Of a stretch of DNA of 64,000 nt, positions 1 to 11,440 are shown one piece after another (the stretch's first letter is position 1; every line of letters begins with the position of its first letter). The position numbers and the translations under genes are program-made. The notes below the pieces were generated by a model. It saw only the letters and a program-made list of their open reading frames with translations, was not told the DNA's origin and searched no databases. The stretch spans positions 418,816 through 482,815 of the forward strand of contig MU004191.1 of NCBI GenBank assembly GCA_010093605.1, in the 5' to 3' direction. The DNA comes from Lophium mytilinum (Eukaryota).

Positions 1-2100
1 CGGTTGCTCGGCGCAAAATCCACCTTCGTCCGCCTCTCCTCCACCCACTTCGAGTTCGCCTCGAGCTTCTGCACAACCAATGCGATAGCAGAGTTCACGC
101 GGCCATTCTTGTTCCCCTGGTTCTTCTTCGACATATCCTTGATCCACCGCTTCAGCACGACCATGACGGGCAGCGCGAGCTCCGGGAACGCGATGCTTTT
201 CGCCCAGAGCACGAAGAACTCGGCGAAGAGCTCCGCGACCTGGTCGCCGACGCCGTCTTGGTACGCGCGGCTGCGGAGGTAGGTTTTGGGGGCGCGGATG
301 AGGGTGGAGAAGTCGAGGGATTTCAGCGTGCTGGGCTTGGGGGGCTTCTTCATTTCGGCGGAGTTGAGGACTTCGAAGAGGGCCGGGGCGAGCGGGATGT
401 AGGTTGCTGTGGCCATGGAGACGCGGAGGAGGGCGCGCATGAGCTGGAAGCGCAGGGGGAAATACTGCGCGGTGGGGATGAGGCGCATGGCGCCGGTGGT
501 GACTTGGACGATGGGGTAGATTAGGGGGCGCAGGGGGGATTCTTTGCCGCTTTCGGCTTCGCGGAGGGTTTCGCAGTGGGCGGAGACGACGCGGGACCAG
601 AAGTCGAGGGAGTGGACGTATTGCCAGTTGTAGACGGTTTTGTAGGACTCTTTTTCTTTGTTGGTGATGCTGGATCGGAGGTGGATCGCGAGTTGGCGGA
701 TGAAGTTGAAGCCGGTCGTGTAGCCGATGTTGGCGTCGAGTCCCCAGAGCTCGGCGGCTGTGTTTTTCATCAGATTTATTCCTTGGATGGTGTGGACGGT
801 TGTGTTGCGCGAGCCTTTGACAAGACCCTGGTATGTAGTCTTTAGGACGGCTTCTTTGATTCCGGGGTCACCGATGACGACCATTCTCCGCAGAATCAAG
901 AAAGCAGCGACTCTGGTGACCTCGGTGCTCCCTGTGTCTGACCAGACTGCCACCACTGTCTTGACGACATCTCGGATGAGCTTTTTGAAGGATAGAATGT
1001 ACGGCAGGATCTCGAGTAATGAATCCAGCGTCAATCGCACAGTCGCGGTATCGGAAAGATTCTCCAGAAGATGATGGACTGATGTCGTATGGGACTTGAG
1101 CAGAGGACCTAGAGTGCGGTATTTCTTGGAGTCTGTAGGAACGCGGCTGTGTCGAATTAGCACCGAGCACAAATAAAGCTTAACTTCGGCTCTTACATTT
1201 TGCCAGCTGCTGTCTCTTTCGTTGGCAAATGATGCTTTATGACTTCTGGAACGTGCTTCAGAGCGATAAGTAGTAGCTCATGGTATACTATTATGGATCA
1301 GCAAAAGTAGACACTGTACTCATTCTAAGCCTACCTTCTGAATTGGAGATGGAGTACTTGTACTCTTTCCCATCCTCCTCGTTTAGATGTGATGCTGCTC
1401 GGAAAGCCAACACCACTTCCTTCGTCGCTCGCAGAGAGTGTTTTTCCGTCATTGCTGCACCCCATTTCTTCACCATAGCCTTTGTGACCTCGTCGCTGCC
1501 CTCAGTATCCTTCTTCTGCTTTTTCCTCGGGGTTGTTCCATCCTCATCCTCGCTCAACGCATCGATCTCGGCTAGGTCCGCATCCTCATCGAAGTCCAGT
1601 AGCTCGGCGTCATTCTCCTGGAGGTATTTGTAGAACTCGGGATCCTTGCTCTTGAGAGCTTCCAGATCGCCCTTGTGGGCTCCAATGCCGTCTTCTGACC
1701 CCAATTCAGACCCAGAGTCTTCCGCTTGTGCATCTGACAAGTCTTTGTCTTCTGCTGGGGTTGTGCGCTTCCTCTTTCCAGTCGTCGGCGCAACTCCATT
1801 GGCCTTCGCTGCCGACTTCTTGCCCTTTTTCTTAGGCATTTCTGGGACCTCGAAGCCACCCTGGAAGAAGTCGTCCACGCTCATATCCGCAAACTTGCTT
1901 CCATCCTGATTCTTTTTGGCCTTCTTGGCAGCTTCCTCTTCCTCGACATCGGCGGCGCGTGCATTGTCTTTCGCATTTCGTTCCTGTCGCTTGGCCTTTA
2001 TCTGCTGCTTCTGCTTGGTTTTTGCGAAGTCTTTTCTCCGGCCGAGGACATCCTTAAGGTGATTCTTCTCGAACTTCTTGGTCGACTTCTTGATCGGCAT
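1..2100 (-). CDS. NOC2: Nucleolar complex protein 2 (ribosome biogenesis); spliced, 3' end runs off the window start
   Basis: ORF 1291..2100 starts MPIKKSTKKFEKNHLKDVL and contains MSVDDFFQGGF and LKSKDPEFYKYLQENDAELLDF, typical of fungal Noc2. Two short introns (donor at ~1334, second at ~1197-1147) rejoin a frame that stays open to position 1. Confidence 0.93.
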
Positions 2101-3466
2101 TGTGGGCAGTTTTTGGGTGTATTGTCGGAGGGGTCCACTTTCTGAAGCTGCGACGAAATTTTGTTACTAGCTCGCTTCAGTGCCAAGGCTGGGAATTGCG
2201 GAGATGGACTGCGACGACGCCTCGCGTTTAAAGTCCCGCGACTTAGCATCCTATTCATAACACATTCGAATTGCATGATCGTCCAACATTCTCATACAAT
2301 ATCACAGCACTTCCACGTAGCGAATATCAGCATACAGACATTCTCAAGAGTGGTCTCCCAAAGCCCATGACGCGGAAAGCTCGATGCTCCTCCGCGCATC
2401 AATTCACCTAGGCCCTATTATCACTTCATTCGCTCGAATACATATTGGACGCCAACATCATATGGGACTCTTAATCGTTTCGAGATATTCAAGACACTCT
2501 GACCTAGTCCGCGATCACCCACACTCTGGAAAAAACAAGATCACCATCAAGTCTCAAACATCGACACTCGGAGGCCTCAATATCAACACAAATAGCGGGA
2601 TGTATCGCCATTCTTTGGGCGCCACTCAGACAGAAGAAATTTAGTCTGATCTGTTAAAATGGTATTTCAAAGTTCGTCGTACTTCTACTCCTGATCAAGG
2701 AAATTTGTTCCCAGCGGAGCTACGGCGCTACTTCACCCTCTGTAATTCAAATACAGCAATAATCCGAACCCGATACAAGATATTTTCCCTCCGAAACGTG
2801 GACCGGCCACGTTCGTGAATAGAAGGCCCTTTTGTCAACACGTAGGTGGTGTTGATGTTCCTAGTAGAGCCACTCGGACAAGCCCCTGGTTACCGTGGAC
2901 TCGTCGGCGTTCACCGATATGTCTTCTAAAATCTAGCCAAGCTCTTCGGGCATGGCCTTCTGTAACCCAACACAATGGTATATAAAGTAAGATTTACAGT
3001 CAGAAAACTCAAGATGGCCTCGCTTAGGCCAGCTTTGGTTCTCCTCTCGGCCGGCCCTCCGCGCCGCTTTTCTACCTCGTCTGTATACACAATATACCGC
3101 GGTGAGAGGTCTTCTTCATGATCCTTGTATTGCACTATCGCTTTGTAGAGCGCATTCATAGAGCCTTTTAGGACGCAATGTTGACAGAAAGACCCGGTTC
3201 ATGTTTGGGACCGTATAACAAGTCACACGTCGGCAGTTCAGCACCAGATGGTCAGTCACCAGGATAGCAAAATATCCGGTTCCGAAGAGAAGTTCGACGC
3301 TGCAGGGTATGGGAAGCTCGTACAATATAAAGTAGGCCAAACCAGCGAGGAATCACTCCTCCCCATAAGTCTTACATTTTTCCCTTCATCCAGTGTCCGC
3401 TTGTTTGGGCATTATCCATCCTAACCGCTGGCACTTTACCCAACTCTCATAGTCAATATTGCAACA

Positions 3467-4318
3467 ATGGGCATCCTTAACTTCAGCCGATGGCTGGACG
3501 AAAAGACGGTCAACATGGCCCGGTCGCCATGGCTCTCTCCGATTGCTATTCAGTACTGTAGCGCCTTCTGCGGTTTCATTTGCTCTCTAATGTTTCTGCT
3601 GGGCTTTGTTGCCGCGGACTTCATTTCTCCCATCAAGCCATGGTGGGATGCTAAGCATACGGCGAACCACTACCAAGAACACACGACCCGAGTCCGTGCC
3701 GGTGCTGCCATTCTGATCATATCTGGAATGATCTACCTGCCTTTCTCAGCCGCCATTTCAAACCAGATGCGCCGCCTCCCGAACCTGCACTACATGGTAC
3801 ACCAGCTACAATTGGCGTCTGCGGCTGCAGGCGTCTGGACGTTCATCTTGCCGGGCATCATTTTAGCCGCGACGTCATACCGTCCTGACCGTCCTGTCGA
3901 GATCACCCAGGCGATGAACGACTTTTTCTGGCTATGTGCGCTTATGCCGTTCCCAACCTTCATGGTGCAGAACTTTGCCTTCGCCTATGCCATCATCGTT
4001 GACCCGCGCAAGAAACCCTTGTTCCCCAAGGAGCTCGCCATTATCAACATCCTCGTGCCTATTCTGTTCACTCCAGCAGTCGGCATGCACTGTACCTACA
4101 CCGGCCCCGTGGCCTACAACGGCGCCATGGGCTTCTGGCTCCCCGGAACTATCTTTTGTCTGCAGCTCGTGGTCGACGCGTGGTATCTGTTTCTCTCAAT
4201 TCGCGAGGAGTCGAGGAGCGACCAGGGGGATGTTGCGTATCCAGACAACTATTCAAAGGATTTGGAAAGCGGTAACTCCAACAACGAGCCAGTGGACGCC
4301 TCTGTCAACATTGTTTAG
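3467..4318 (+). CDS. Intronless multi-pass integral membrane protein (283 aa), resembling a conserved actinobacterial membrane protein family
   Basis: Single ORF with ATG in a good context (GCAACAATGG) and about 6-7 hydrophobic segments. Motifs: FISPIKPWW, AAISNQMRR, SYRPDRPVEITQAMNDFFW, PLFP, TGPVAYNG. Confidence 0.8.
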   Translation: MGILNFSRWLDEKTVNMARSPWLSPIAIQYCSAFCGFICSLMFLLGFVAADFISPIKPWWDAKHTANHYQEHTTRVRAGAAILIISGMIYLPFSAAISNQMRRLPNLHYMVHQLQLASAAAGVWTFILPGIILAATSYRPDRPVEITQAMNDFFWLCALMPFPTFMVQNFAFAYAIIVDPRKKPLFPKELAIINILVPILFTPAVGMHCTYTGPVAYNGAMGFWLPGTIFCLQLVVDAWYLFLSIREESRSDQGDVAYPDNYSKDLESGNSNNEPVDASVNIV

Positions 4319-5323
4319 AACTGTGTGTTTTGGGGAGCACTTTCTTTACGCAGCCTCATACCGCAGCATGCTATGTCGTATCCGTAGCGGGTTATGCCGT
4401 CTTGAGTGGCGAGAGCCTTGATAAGGCACCTCGTCTTGTACGTTCCTTTTACACCATATATAAGGGCTCTTGCAGCTGTCTCGTTCTGTGGCGGTATTCG
4501 CGTGGGTCTCTCCAGGTACAATGTAAAATCCTGCACAGCGTACCATTAGCTTCCTTTTAACTGAGTGGCTTTGTGACAATGAAGCCGCCCCTGACAGTGG
4601 TATCCAGCCTCTAAAATCGGCGCTCCAGCAGTAGCATATATGTGCCCAGACTTATGGCCTAGTGCTGTACGATGTAAAGGTCAACGCTAGGGAAATCACA
4701 CTACCTTTTGATTGGTCAGGGGCGTGCCGCCTGGGGCACTCCTTACAGTGGTGTCGAGAGAGCAAGAGCGAAGCTACAGTAGTCGAATACCCGGGTACTT
4801 AGACTTATGACCTGGCACTGTAGAGGCGCTAAGGGAGAGTCCACGCTTTTGCTCACTCGTTACTGTAAGAGGTGGCGGTCGCTTTTACGCGTAAGAGAAG
4901 TTAGGGCGGTAGCGCTCTGGGGACATAATTATACATTCATGTCATGGTTGAAGACGATTTCGGCCAAACGGGCTAGTAACGTGATCGAAAGTCTACGCTT
5001 TCGGGCAATGATTAGGCTTCTCTTGCAGTAAATGTAAAGCTTAAAGGTAATTTTGCTTGTTTTGGCAACAAATCAGTAACACGGGACTTCTTATTCTTGA
5101 CGTATGATCGAGCATTTTGGCCGCGTAGGGAGACGTTTTCGCTTGTTATTGGCACAAAAGTATCTGAGATTCACTAAAGTACAAGACTTTGCAAAAACGA
5201 AGATACAGTAGAACATCATACGCAAAGGGCAAAATACTGGTACCTTTTGGAAGAAGGCCTGACGAGGCGGTGGCTCAACTTGGCAGTCTTTGTGGCACAG
5301 GGCTTGAGAATCAGTCAAAGCGT

Positions 5324-6814
5324 TCAGGTCGTTTTCTGTTTCTTATTTGAGGAAGATGGGCCGGGAGCGTCGTCGTTGTTAGGGCGCTTGGAGCCTTCCT
5401 TTGCGCTTCCTGGGAGGTTTTCCTTTGCTCCTTGGGCGGCGTTCGTAGTTGGACCCGGTTTGATTGCGATGTACATGACCTTATAATTAGCTTCGGAGTC
5501 CGCTGGCGTACGGTTTGAATTGGTTATGTCTATAGGAGCGCCACGTGCTATGGTTGCACGGTCCGGATAACCTGGAGCAACACGTACCAGAGGTTGAGTG
5601 TCGGCGTGAGCGGTAGCTACAGAGAACGAGCATGTCTCCGGATAGTCGTCGGTTCTTCCCGCGGTCTCGTTAGGTCTAACTGGCATTAGAGCTGTCCAAT
5701 GTCCTAATCGCGTCCAATTTATCAGATGAATCTGTCCCCGAGGTGGATCGTTGTCTCCGTATATCCGAACTCCCCAATTCATTGATTTACCGGGTATATC
5801 ATGGGTTGGAACATGTGCAAAGATTTGCACACCGTAAGCGTCTGCGATGAGTTGTAAGGCATGATCCGTGCCCCACGCTTCCCCAAAGAGTTGCTCCACG
5901 ATATCACTATCCTCAACTAGAGCCTGGTACAATCGCGTTCTCAGATAGTTGACCGAGTTACGTCTCGTGTAGTCCCTGCCGAAATTTTCCACGTGCCGAT
6001 TCCCACGCCCGAGACGCCCGTAATTGAAAACGACCGCAGCATCGTACCGGACACGTTGCCATAGTTCTGCATTCCCCCAGTATGCATGCGCAAATGCAAG
6101 CCATAGACATTCGCCACTGCCTCCTGCGTCATGTTGGCGAAATTCACGGTTTCGAGTGCCCCCTGGCCCCATAAACTCCGTCATTATTCCTTGATAACGA
6201 GACCAACCTCTCTCTAGCGCCCATAGATCGGGTTTCAAATCAGCTCTCCATTCTGTTGTGCGTTCCCAATATCTTCCCGGGTCGTTTGAAATGAGGACAT
6301 ATTTTTTCTCCCAGCCTTCGCACTCGCCCTGGGCCGTGTCGAAAAGTCCTTCGATGAAACCGTACCAGCTGTCGCAGTCGTTGTTTCTCTTTGCAACATC
6401 GAAAGATTCTTGGAGCGCAGTTAAGTCCCCTTCGTGGAATGTTCCATCTGTTTCGATAAAGCGGCGGATAGCTAATCCATTGTTCACAGGAGGATACCTC
6501 GTCGACCTCCTGTTCGCGTTGAGATAGTCCAGGAGCGGTGTGATGTAGACCTCTCGGGTAGCGTCTAGGTTGTTGTAATGTTCTTCGATGAATCCGACCA
6601 GGTGGCGCTTCCGATATTTAATTTTCTTGCCGTCTGGTCCTCTTTCCGGTGGTTCGATTCCGCATCTTTTCAGTTCACTTTCGAGCTCGGGGACGGTCAG
6701 TTCGTCGAAACTGGCAACATCCCATCTGGGCTCATTGGGCAACCGAGGTACGCCTCGACTGACAAGGTTGTCTGGCGATGGCCTTTTGGCCTTTTTAGTC
6801 CTTTTAGGAGGCAT
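5324..6814 (-). CDS. Orphan protein with an N-terminal SAP/LEM-like helix-loop-helix and an OTU-like cysteine protease domain (496 aa from ATG 6814)
   Basis: Long intronless ORF. First ATG gives MPPKRTKKAKRP (NLS-like), then FDELTVPELESELKRCGI (SAP/LEM-like). OTU-like motifs: GSGECLWLAFAHAYWG, WGTDHALQLIADAYGVQI, IHLINWTRLGHWTAL. Confidence 0.7.
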   Translation of the reverse strand: MPPKRTKKAKRPSPDNLVSRGVPRLPNEPRWDVASFDELTVPELESELKRCGIEPPERGPDGKKIKYRKRHLVGFIEEHYNNLDATREVYITPLLDYLNANRRSTRYPPVNNGLAIRRFIETDGTFHEGDLTALQESFDVAKRNNDCDSWYGFIEGLFDTAQGECEGWEKKYVLISNDPGRYWERTTEWRADLKPDLWALERGWSRYQGIMTEFMGPGGTRNREFRQHDAGGSGECLWLAFAHAYWGNAELWQRVRYDAAVVFNYGRLGRGNRHVENFGRDYTRRNSVNYLRTRLYQALVEDSDIVEQLFGEAWGTDHALQLIADAYGVQIFAHVPTHDIPGKSMNWGVRIYGDNDPPRGQIHLINWTRLGHWTALMPVRPNETAGRTDDYPETCSFSVATAHADTQPLVRVAPGYPDRATIARGAPIDITNSNRTPADSEANYKVMYIAIKPGPTTNAAQGAKENLPGSAKEGSKRPNNDDAPGPSSSNKKQKTT

Positions 6815-8163
6815 TCCGTCGAAGAGATAGAGCCGTGTCTTCGTGTATGGCTGTTTCCGATGTAGGACTCTCTGTCTAGAATGGTTTGAAATCGTGAACA
6901 GGCAATGAAGCAAGAAAAACGTGAGGATTGTTTAGACAAGGAATGACGGCGAAAGGTCGTTATGAGGCATGATCATGTTTGTTATACGTTCTCTCTTGTT
7001 CGTGAGTTTATAGCTATTTGCGTTGATCTCCATTGTTATTGTGAGGACAATGGCAACAAAGGCTATAAGAGGAGGCTACAATTTCAATTGTGCATCCCAG
7101 GTTTAGCGCGAGAGTTGGTGAAGGCTTGGAGCAAACGGCGGCATGCGGCAGCCTTCACGCGTCAATACACTTCACTCACCTTACCGTCACAGCATTTTCG
7201 AGGTCATTCAAGGTGTTGTTCTCTTATTTCGAGACGGCGGCTTGGAATCGGAAACAATATAATTAGATAAGATGATTTAGGAAATGAATGAACGTCAAAT
7301 TTGATGGTGACATCAAACTTAGACTATATTTGAAGCACCGTAGTCACCTTTGTTCCCTGCAGTCTCAGCTGTTTGCCAGGGCTGATCTTGAACTGGTGAT
7401 GAAGGAAACGTGGCTTTCCGTTACTGCAATTGTTCTCGCTATTGTTCTCGACGTTGTATGAGAGAACAAAAGGAAAAAGGAGTAGTGGGCACCTGAATAA
7501 GACAAAGAAAATCGGACAATGGCATAGTTACTTCTCTTTTTGACCAGAAATCTACCGGTCTTTTGGTCTGAATGTCATCGTTCCTATGGCCACATTTCCT
7601 TGTCTGATTGTCGTGGAACCGGCTCCCGAGGTTTCGCGCGCCAAGCGCAGGCTCACTTACTACCCCTATGAGCGTGCCGAGAGATTCGAAGCATCAATTT
7701 ATGGTGGTTGTATTTTTTGGCGATGAAGTTCAGTGAGGCGGGAGATGGCGGCCCTCAAGAGACGTAGAAGACGAGCGGACTCGTACGGGCCAACGAGCTT
7801 TCGCATTAACCTCATTGGGCGCACCATAAAGCTTTCCTCCAATGCCCTTGACGTTTGACTTCCAGTATTCATCTGATGGACGAGTATCTATGAGCATAGT
7901 GTCAAAGTCTTGTAATTAGTAGTCCAGAAGGAGAGGAACATAGCGGAGTAGGCTTACTGCTCGCAGCTCGAAATGTCATATCACTTGAAGAAATGGTCTG
8001 CGGCAGAGCGATCAAAGCCACAAGTATGTACTTCGTACCATCAAGTAGCCAACTATGAACATGAAGTAGACTTTTACAATGAGAAAATTCGCCTAACGAT
8101 AGCCAAATCACACACAGTCCACTCTAACGACTCCATGATCTAATGCCCACAGTCCTCGGCTTC

Positions 8164-8857
8164 CTAGCAGCTCCGCCACTTGATGTATAGCTGGTGCACG
8201 AAGGAGGCCTTAATCTTTTCAGTGCTGACGATCCCTGACTGGCTGTCACTACTCGAAGTCAGAGCTATCTGCGAGTTGATATTCAGCAGCCCCTGGCTAC
8301 CACAAGGCGACCATGTTGCGATGGCTATATCGTCATGCTTATCGTAATACCCCGTAAATGGCCCATTGATTTCGGCCTCGGTAATTACCTAGGCTGTGTG
8401 TAAGCAAAGTGAACAGTTGAAAGCTGCAAGCATTGGACCCTACCTGAGCAGTTTGGCCGGAGAAGTAATAAAGTGCTGTAATGGAAGCCTGGACCCCAGA
8501 ATCCAGATCGGCGTAGCCTATGTAGTCGGCGCTATACACCGCGTATTGAAAGCCGGCCGAGAAGTCGATGTCGAGGTTGATTTGGCAGAACTTTCTACTC
8601 TCAGTGATGGCAACATTGGGTCCGACCGATGCTGAGAAGTCATCCCCGAATACTAGCGGTAGTATCTTTCCATCGTCTGAGATAGATGCATTGAGGGTCC
8701 CTTGTGGACATCCAGTGCCGCCGTAGGTAATGCCGTTGATGGATATACTGCTTGGAGCAGCAGATGCAGATCGATCGAAGACCTCGGGATAGAGATGTGG
8801 AGCAGGGATGGCGGTAGCTAACGCTGGCGCAAGAAGGGTGAGAAGAGCGACGTACAT
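8164..8857 (-). CDS. Secreted DUF4360-type protein, 2 exons (8857-8444, 8388-8164)
   Basis: Signal peptide MYVALLTLLAPALATA. Motifs YGGTGCPQGT, ESRKFCQINL and YYFSG, and after a GT-AG intron WSPCG...LNINSQ...YIKWRSC*. Confidence 0.85.
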
Positions 8858-9226
8858 GTTTGAATCACCTTGGAAAGTATATGAAGTAAATAGGGTTTTG
8901 GAGGAGGATGTAAGTTCGTTGATGGGAGAAGTTCCTTCTTTAAACACTGGAAATCCAATTAGGTTCACCCATTGTTACTTAACCTTAGTATCACTTTGCG
9001 ACTGGCATCGAGACCGGCCTAAGGGCTTTGGGAAGGTGATGCTCTTTCCGAAGAATGCAGTATGCTAATTGCTTCGCTGTGATTTATAGCACGGTCTATC
9101 GGCCCGTCCATTTCGGGGAACAGATCGGCAGCATTGAGCTGTTGGGGAAAGTTGGGTAATTTGATTTTGATGATAGTATCGTCCCAGGGACAGTTGCTTC
9201 GCTAATGCTGAAATCCGGGGAGATCG

Positions 9227-9390
9227 TGTTGAAATTGGTCACGTGACGTAGGTAGTACATAAGTAATATAATTAATTACATAGTAAGCTATCTATAGGTG
9301 GAGCTATAGCTATATAGCTAGAGCTATAGGGGGCTAGAAAGATTACTATCTAGCTATCTATTTTCTAGCACCTTATACTAAATTTTAATA
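9227..9390 (-). repeat. 3' LTR of the copia element (164 bp)
   Basis: Direct repeat of 17112-17275; starts TGTTGAAATTGG; followed inward by the polypurine tract. Confidence 0.93.
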
Positions 9391-9633
9391 CTCCCTCTTA
9401 ATTAAGAGTATAAGAAAATAGTAGCGCCTATATATAGCCTAAATTACAGCCTATTTTAAGCTCTAGCCTTAGTAAAACTCTTTAAAACCTTATTAGAAAA
9501 GAAGGGAAAAAGCGCTAGGTAGTATATAGAAAAGAATACTAGATAGTATAAAGAAAAGAGCGCTAATATAAGAAAGCTATAGACCTTTATAAAAAGATAT
9601 AAAGAGAAACCTATTTAGTAAGTTATTTAAAGA

Positions 9634-9720
9634 GAGATATTAAAGAGAAACCTTAAGAGATATTAAGAGAAACCTTAAGAGATATTAAAAGAAATCTTAA
9701 GAGATATTAAAAAGAACCTA
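9634..9720. repeat. ~22-bp tandem repeat (GAGATATTAAGAGAAACCTTAA, ~4 copies) inside the copia 3' region
   Basis: Directly visible repeated unit. Confidence 0.8.
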
Positions 9721-9739
9721 TTTAGTAAGCTAAATAAAA

Positions 9740-11082
9740 CTAAAGAGAGCTAATTCTTTCTAATCTTCTATAGTATATACTCTATTAGATATATTAGCTA
9801 TAGCTACTAGCTAGTAGAGAGTATTCTAGATATATTTTTCTTATCTAGAGAAGATCTAGCTACTACTATACTAGATAGTAGCTATTACTCTTTCTTTATT
9901 TACTATATTATAAAAGAAGCGCTAGGCTTTCTTTAGAACTTTTCTCTATCTCTTAATCTACCTATTATCTATATAGATAGGCTCTAGATTATAGTTATAA
10001 ATAACTATAACCTTACTAATATAGTTTATAGTAGTAATTACTACTATTCTCTAGTAGTACTATACTATATTCTTCTATTTACTAGCTCTTATACTAACCT
10101 AGAAGTCTATAGAAGTACTAAAGTACTTAAGCTAGATCTTCTTTTACTAGTAGTTACTTTTCTAGAAGCTTCTAAAGGTTACCCTTTCTTAGTAGATAGC
10201 TCTAGCCTCTCTAGAGTCTTTACCTAGGGCTATTACTTCTCTAATAGCTTTTTTAACCTAGAAAGTTTTAATAATTCTATTCTTAAAGAAGATAATATTA
10301 GAAAAAATAAAAGAAAAGCTATATTTTACTTTAATATATTATAGAAACTCTATAAATTCTATAGAAGATAGCTAAGAAGTACTAGAAATATCTTTAAGTA
10401 GAATAGAGTAGATTTTATCTACCTAGATAATATTATTAGAAGAGGCTCTAATAAGAACCTAAGTAAGTAAATTATTAAAGGCTTATCTTTATAGGCTTCT
10501 ATACCTACTAGCTAGCTCTAGCCTAGGTAATTTAAACTAAGATTTATATAGTTAAAGAATAATATTTAAAAGTAAATTACTTAGTCTAGTATTAGTAGAA
10601 TCTTCTATAATACTAGAATCTAAATCTTTAGAGTCTAGAATTTTAGAAACTATAATTCTTTTAGTACTATAGATAATACTAGTAGAGTTATAGATACTTA
10701 AAGAGAGTAAGTTTATTAGATTCTAGAAAGTAACTAAGTTTAAGAGTAAATAGCTTAGTTTAATATTAGTAGAATTAAATAAGATTTTATTAGTATATAT
10801 ATTAGAGTTAGTAGTATTAATATTAAAAGGAATTTTAGCGCTAGTAATACTAGAGCTAGAGTTATAGGTTATTAAAGGTAGTAATATTTTAGAGTTAGTA
10901 TACTTTATCTATTTTAGGTATAGATTTCTTACCTTCTCTTTACTATACTACTTTAAAATTAGGCGGCCTAAATATTTATAATTAGGGCTTTTAGAATTAA
11001 GAGAAATTTTAGTTCTAGTATACTTAGAAATAAAGTTATAGAGCTTTAAAGAGAATAAGTTTACTTAAAAAAAAGAGAATAT
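9740..11082 (-). pseudogene. Putative RIP-destroyed extra ORF of the copia element, downstream of pol
   Basis: Strong 3-base periodicity (T|A at codon boundaries) in one register over ~1.35 kb. Stops in that frame are TAA/TAG that revert to Q/W/R codons. Possible AAA-ATA (ATG) start at 11082. Confidence 0.5.
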
Positions 11083-11330
11083 TTTAGTAGAAAATAGAGG
11101 TTCTAGCTAAGAGTCTAGTAAATTTAGGCTATATAATAGCCTTCTATAGCGCCTAGGGCAGCCTATTAATATAGGTAGCGGCCTAGGGAGCGGCTAGTAA
11201 TAACAGTGGGTGGCCGGTAGAAAGGTAGCTAGCCCGGCGGCTAGCTAGCGGCTAGCTAGCTAGTAGGCTAGCAAGGCTTAGAGGCGGCTAGAGAGGTTAG
11301 CAAGGCTGGCGAGGCTGGCTAGGCTGGCAG

Positions 11331-11440
11331 GCGGCTGGTACGTAGAGGCAGGCGGGCGGCTAGTACATAGAGGCAGGCGGGCGGCTAGTACGTAGAGGCA
11401 GGTGGGCGGCTAGTACATAGAGGCAGGTAGGCGGCTAGTA
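11331..11440. repeat. 25-bp GC-rich tandem repeat (GCGGCTAGTACRTAGAGGCAGGYGG, ~4.4 copies) just downstream of copia pol
   Basis: Units start at 11331, 11356, 11381, 11406 and 11431. Confidence 0.9.
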
